From NCBI GenBank assembly GCA_965637545.1, contig OZ281495.1, forward strand, positions 4,154,001 through 4,218,000: a stretch of DNA of 64,000 nt, read 5' to 3'. The notes beneath the pieces were generated by a model, which had not been told where the DNA came from, did no database searches, and saw nothing but the letters and a program-made list of their open reading frames with translations. Below are positions 58,267-64,000 of this stretch, piece after piece; the first letter of the stretch is position 1, and every line of letters begins with the position of its first letter. The DNA comes from Phallusia mammillata (Eukaryota). Both the position numbers and the translations under genes were made by a program.

Positions 58267-60167
58267 ATGGAGGCTACTTTGTTAAAACTACTTCCAGAGT
58301 TGGTGGAAAATCCTGCCAAGTTCAAAGAATGTGTTTCACACTTGCACACCCTTGGTGTTCGGGATGCAAGTGATTTGCAACATCTAGAATTGGAGGATCT
58401 TCTAATAAAGTTTAATCTAGTACAAGCAAGAAAACTACTCAAAGCAGCCAATCTGCAAACAGGTAATTTGTTGTTCATTTGTACCAATACCAGTATTAAG
58501 AATTATATGGTCACAGCACATGTTATTTTGTTACGTTTTTAGTTTCATCAAATTCTGGATTTTCAACGGAACCACTTGAGTCCGAACTTAACACCAGCTT
58601 TAGTAGTAGTGAAGGATCAATGCAGTGGATTTACACCTTTAAAATTCCTTGGGCTCGATGCTCTCCTGTACTTATACAATGTCTGGAAAATGGACACGTG
58701 CCAAAGATAATGGAAAGAAAAGAATTGATTCACAAAACAATTGAAGAAGTATTGAAAGTATGTACATTGATTTCTTTGCTCTTTTAGGTAATATCTGCAG
58801 CACATGTGTTTTGATTGTTTTTAGCTGACACAAAAGCCTGGAAGAAAAAATTTAGATAAAATTGCCTACCGTATTGTATCAAGATACCCAAAATCCTTTC
58901 TTGACATGGTGGATGGGGTTCCTATTGGAAATGGCCTAACTTCCATTTCCAATCAGTTATTTTATCGCTGGGAAAATGTGGTGAGAAAAAAACGAAAACT
59001 TGACCAACTAAATGAAACAACTTCCCAACATTCCACTACAATTATTGATGATGATAATTCAACCACTACTACATTTCAAAATTGGTTAATAACTGAATTT
59101 ACAAAACAAGACCGAAATATGAACAGAGTATTAGAGCTAATGAAAAGAACCTTTTCCCAACAAAGAGATGATATTAACACAAATGTTCCAGTAAGCGAGA
59201 TTTTAAAGAAATGGCCATTTTTGACCAACTCACGATGTCTATTTCAACATTATGAGCAACTTCTGGCTTTAAACTATGATGCCAAGGAAATTCCAATGAG
59301 AATGTCAAATCGAAGCTTTCGAACATACAAGTAATGATTATTTTTAAACTTAAAATACTTGTATGTTATAGGTAACCTTACACATTTGTTACAGAGCTTT
59401 GAAGGCAATGGCAAAGCCATCAGTTGCTGCCACCATTCACAAAATCAAGTTGGAATGCGAAGTTCTCGAAAACAAAATGCCAACATGTGTTTCAATTTTG
59501 GAACTTCTGGGTAGTTACTTTAATGAAAATCAATCACAAATTTTAAAGTGCATTCAAGTATGTAATAATTTGTACATTTTGTATTTTGTATCTTTATATA
59601 TCTACTTGTTTTACAGGATGACTCACTGCTGCAGGATACAATTGAAAATGGTGACCCAAATCCTTTTATAATTGCTACAGGTATGATATGTTATAAATGG
59701 TAATGTGTGCTCAATCGTTTAGTCTGATGATGTGTTGCTCTTTACAATTCCAGGCAATTCACCGGCATCAGCCAACAAGTTCTTACTAATTGTTGAAAGA
59801 AACCAGATTTATGAATGCTGTGACTATTTTACAGCTTTTGCTGGCCTCTTTTGCTCATTCTATGTGTTTAACATACAGTATCCCCGAAGTTCACAGGCAT
59901 CTCTGGAATTTATCCAAAGGTTAGCAAGTTCTTGTTAATAAATATATATATATATGTGTGTGTGTTTAATTTTGATAAACTCTATTTGGTAAAACTGGAC
60001 TTTTTAAGTGTCTGGTTCTTGTAAAAAAATAATATCTTTTGTGCAGGTACTTTGCTGAAATCAATGAATCCGGGACTAAGGGGAAACGAAGGTGTGTAGG
60101 TGGAACGCACCCAAAAGTACTGGCCCTTGGCAGGCTAATCCAATCTGCACAGAATAGTGCTGCTTGA
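58267..60167 (+). CDS. Second, spliced gene of the transposon with an N-terminal SAM-like helical region (SAMD3-like transposon accessory type)
   Basis: Exons 58267-58462, 58543-58757 (WIYTFKIPW), 58825-59329 (KPGRKNLDKIAYRIVSRYPKSFLD), 59395 onward, small exons at 59617-59919 (FCSFYVFNIQYP), last exon ending TGA at 60167 (THPKV). Confidence 0.7.
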
Positions 60168-62052
60168 TTTTTACTGCATATCAGTCGGTCTTCGTTAAAA
60201 TAAACATGTACTTGACAGTCATTGTGGTGCAGTATTTTACAGGTATTTTTACAGTGAAATTTACCAGGATATTTGGGGTAAAAACTGCTGCCAGTGGTTT
60301 AGCACGTAAATTTTACAGTGATTATGGCAGTAATTTTTACTGGGATCGGACGCGTATATCTTACGGTGAAATTCACGTATTTTTAGTGTTTTTACGTGAA
60401 AATACACGTAAAATGTTACTGTGGAAGTCGCAGTAGATTTTACGTGTTAAACACGTAAAAACTGCTGCCAGTGGTTTTCACAGTAAAATTTTTTAACAGT
60501 GTACTGTTCTGCGCTTTCTTGCTTTGTGTTAAAAATCAATATACACTCGTTAAATACTTTTGAAACATTAACTGTTGCATCGGAAGATTGAACATCTTGA
60601 CTGTAAATTAACTGTTAAAGTAACATGTGTACGTTATGTTTACTTGCTGCGTTGTATGTATATTTTTACATCCATTTCGCTTAGTGAAATGAATAGCCGA
60701 TCACACAACAAAAATGAACAAAAACCAAATCTACTACTGAACAAAGTTATCCCCATGTGTTCCGTTGAACTACAAAGACCTACATGATTTCACACTACTT
60801 TTTACAAAATACTTTTCGGTGTTGGTCTGTAATTATCTAACAAGTATAAATGGTAGTTGTGTAGAGTTTCAATGGAACTTGCTTGTTTTTTTGGTCGATT
60901 TGCAGTTTGCCGTTAACAGGGTAAATACAACACGAACCAGCAAATTTATGCTAAAAAACAAATATAAATGTAGCAAACAGACCCTATGGTAACATTAACA
61001 TTGGACAAGTTTAAACTAAAATATTACCACAGAGGAAACCATGCCCAACATTTGATTACGGCACATTTTTTATCACATTACAGCAGATTTTGTTTGTCTG
61101 GGTAGAGATTTGGTCGTAGTTTTCCTATGTAAAAATGCAAATGTGCCACAAAAATGTCGTCATCCTAAACCTTTATAGGTAAGAAACGAATGCCGAAGTG
61201 GACTTTGTAGCTACGATTATTGTACTTTCAAACCTTTGTTTCTCTTTCGCTCAAATATGTGCAAATAATTTTCAACAAGGGCTGCATCGGCCATATAAGC
61301 ACGTATAAATGTTATATATGATATCGTTTTATGTTTGAAACATCTTGGCCTATTAGTTACCAATTATCTTCAAAGTTGCTTATGTGATCGGCGTAGCAGT
61401 TCCACATGACATTGTCACAGATTTCTTTACAGCCCTGTCGGTTCGATTAGCATTAAAAATTCTCCACCAGTAATGTGACTATTACTCGATGTTTAATTCA
61501 ATGTTCATATTAAAGTCTTTGTCTCTCTCTCTCTAAATGTTTACCATGGAATTGTCCATGTAGGCTCATATAAATATCATATGTGATTATAAACGATTTA
61601 ATGTATTTTATAACGGCCTTTGACAATTCGTTTGTAAATTGCAGTCTAGTGTTCTGCTCACGTTACGATCGTCTAAAAACGTTTCCGAAACTCGCTTCTA
61701 TTGTTTGTCTACGGCCAAGCAAGCACGTAAACGCTTTAGTTTCATTTTACAACAGCATTGTCAGTGGAAAATACTTCAATGTTCGAATGCGGGTATATTC
61801 GATAGCTTTTGATATGTGACTGTTCAGATACATGTTGCTGCAGCCAAACTGTGTTCATTGGTGATCTGATCAGTTTTTAAAAAAACAATCACATCAGTTG
61901 GGCAAACATGAGATTGAGGGTTTCGTTAACGTTTTTGTTATGTGTTTTACTTAATGCGGAATTCACATTTTCAAGTAAGTTTGTGTGATAACAAGTTGCA
62001 AGTTTATTTTCTTAAAACAAACAAACATACTATTGATGCTCTTTATCTACAG

Positions 62053-63902
62053 GCTGTAGTTGTGGATCTTATAACTTTTCTCCCAACTATACAATTTGGG
62101 CTTCACAATTCAAAGGAATAATGTATACAGCCGAACTGTGTGGTGTTAATGGGGTGACGTGGACAGTAAACTACACGGCAGATAAGTATTGGGGTTCACG
62201 AAGCTTTGATCAAGCTACCTACAACCAATATCATGGAACTTGGACAGCATTTAACTACACCGAATTCAGTTCATCATTGGTAACAAATGGAAAGTGTATG
62301 GTAACAGCATTGGAAGTGACAATACCAATGAACCAGTCATTTGATGGCATAAATTTGCAGCTGACTTCTGATTGTCATTGGTACACTTGTCGTAATGAGG
62401 ATTTTATAGTAAATCTTACAAGTATGCTAAAATATCCATTTTTGCAGCCATAAGCAGACATTGAATCCCTCCTATTTACAGAGTGCAATCAAACACTAAC
62501 CGATGACGTAGTGGTGACATCATCATCTGGTTACAATTTCAATTCATCTGGAAACTTTGGTTGTCCGAACGAGAGAAAACTTTTTTATTCCAACGGCATG
62601 GAATTAAATGATAACGAAACAGTTTGTTTACAATCAGCCAAGTGGTTTGGTCAGGATGGATTGCAATGCTGGAGAGGTATGAACTCAGTTTTATATTCAC
62701 ACGGTATCAATAGTTGAAAGCAAACAAAAATTTTCATAAGGCAAATCTAAAATGCATAGGATTTTATTTTTGATCGGGAAGCACAAGTAACGTGGGATTT
62801 CGAACACTAATTCTTTGCTACATGCGTGATTGCCTTTTCGATATTTTTTGAATACGTTTTATTCGTAAGCATTTGCAATTCTTTAGCACCAAACGACGTT
62901 ACTTTGCAAGACAACTCAACATCTTGCAATGTGCTTGGTGACACATTAAGCTTTTCATGTTCGTACGATGACGGATTACCGAAAGGAAATATGACAAGTT
63001 TCGTTATTGATAGCAAAGTTTACACTGTTACAAAAGTTGGGTAACAATAAGCTTTTTATAAATTGGATGTCTATTTGATAGATAGACTTTGTTTTGGGTT
63101 TTTGCAACATTATGTTTATCTTGAAGGACAAACAGTATTTATTACATCTTCAACAACAACACAACGGCACGAAAATATTTTGCCAAGCCCAAACACCTTT
63201 CACAGAAATATATTCAGGAACTGTAAAATCAGGGTCATGACCATCAATGTAATCTGTAAGTTAAAATTAAGCATTTTTCCATTTCAGTGTTTTGATTTTG
63301 CCAAAAACTTTTTAGCACAACCTGAAAACGTGAAAGCAACAGTTGAAACTTCGGATGAAGTAATAAAGTCTGGAGCAACAATATTTCTTAATTCACACCG
63401 AAGCGTCTCACTTTATTGCACAAGCGACATCGATTTCGCCCCTTGCGAATGGAAATTTAATGAAACTAAGTTTTCTAATTCATGTAACGTCAGTCAACAC
63501 TTAACCCAATCAGGATTTGTCTCGTGTAGTGTTTCAAATTGTGCTGGATTCAAAGAAAGTGAAAGATACGAAATAATTGTGATAGAACCAAGTAAGAATG
63601 CGCAATTTTCAAGTGATATGTAATCTGCATATGTAACAAAATATTTACTACAGGAACAGCAAAAATTATTCAAACAGACCCTTCAATTATTGAAGGACAA
63701 ACGTTGATGTTAATTTGTGAGATTGATTACCAAAACAAACTAAACACAACCTTTTATTGGATCACACCACCGAACGTTATTCCCTCCGGTGGTTCAACTT
63801 TACATGTGCAGAATATTACGCGATTTGAAGGCGGATTATACTCTTGTACAACCAGTGACTTATTTCAAACTTCCTATGTTGATATTCACATTGATGTTCT
63901 AT
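62053..63902 (+). CDS. Cell-surface protein with an N-terminal Ig-like exon, a sushi/CCP domain and at least three further Ig domains; start exon not found, continues past the window end
   Basis: Phase-1 exons 62053-62421, 62482-62676 (FGCP...CLQSAKW...LQCW), a split Ig at 62887-63035 and 63127-63257, 63316-63591 (VSLYC...CEWKF...FVSCSV), 63654-63902 (LMLICE...YWI...GGLYSC). Confidence 0.8.
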
Positions 63903-64000
63903 GTGAGTCGATTTAGAACATATTAAAGCTAGCTGTAGCTTTGTGTTATCTACTTCCGTTTTAACATTAAACAAGATTTGACTGGCGAAATTACACTTGC

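Larger units (their letters stand above)
56039..60501 (+). mobile_element. EnSpm/CACTA (CMC)-type DNA transposon, 4463 bp, two genes
   Basis: TIRs cactgttaaaaaa / ttttttaacagtg; TA duplication at 56037-56038 and 60502-60503; subterminal repeats gtaaaactgctgccagtggttt (about 60278 and 60456) and ttttac motifs. Confidence 0.85.

Overview
AT-rich animal genomic DNA with short GT-AG introns; an invertebrate chordate such as an ascidian is my inference and is not verifiable here. No prokaryotic, rRNA, CRISPR or intact tRNA features. All exon chains below were reconstructed by hand from splice sites and reading phase, without RNA evidence. Host genes, all on +: (1) the 3' part of a CUB-like/ZP-C-like/EGF type I membrane protein (327-5473); (2) two paralogous cell-surface genes built from an about 90-aa two-Cys domain I do not recognise (6599-8420, 45806-50660), plus a relic exon of the same family; (3) five dispersed RIPK-like non-RD TKL kinases (K1-K5, 19.8-55.5 kb) with variable tails of phase-1 exons, plus an orphan K1-like tail duplicate; (4) a cytosolic sulfotransferase with an apparent frameshift; (5) the start of an Ig/sushi receptor (62053 to window end). 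Mobile DNA: an intact, apparently recent BEL/Pao LTR retrotransposon (9952-17842, minus) with no tRNA primer site but a hairpin array in its leader; a two-gene EnSpm/CACTA-type transposon (56039-60501) with a nonsense-mutated transposase; hAT, Tc1/pogo-like, MULE-like and unclassified MITEs; tRNA-derived SINE-like remnants. The main candidate for an undescribed system is the unrecognised surface-protein family interleaved with the diversifying kinase array.
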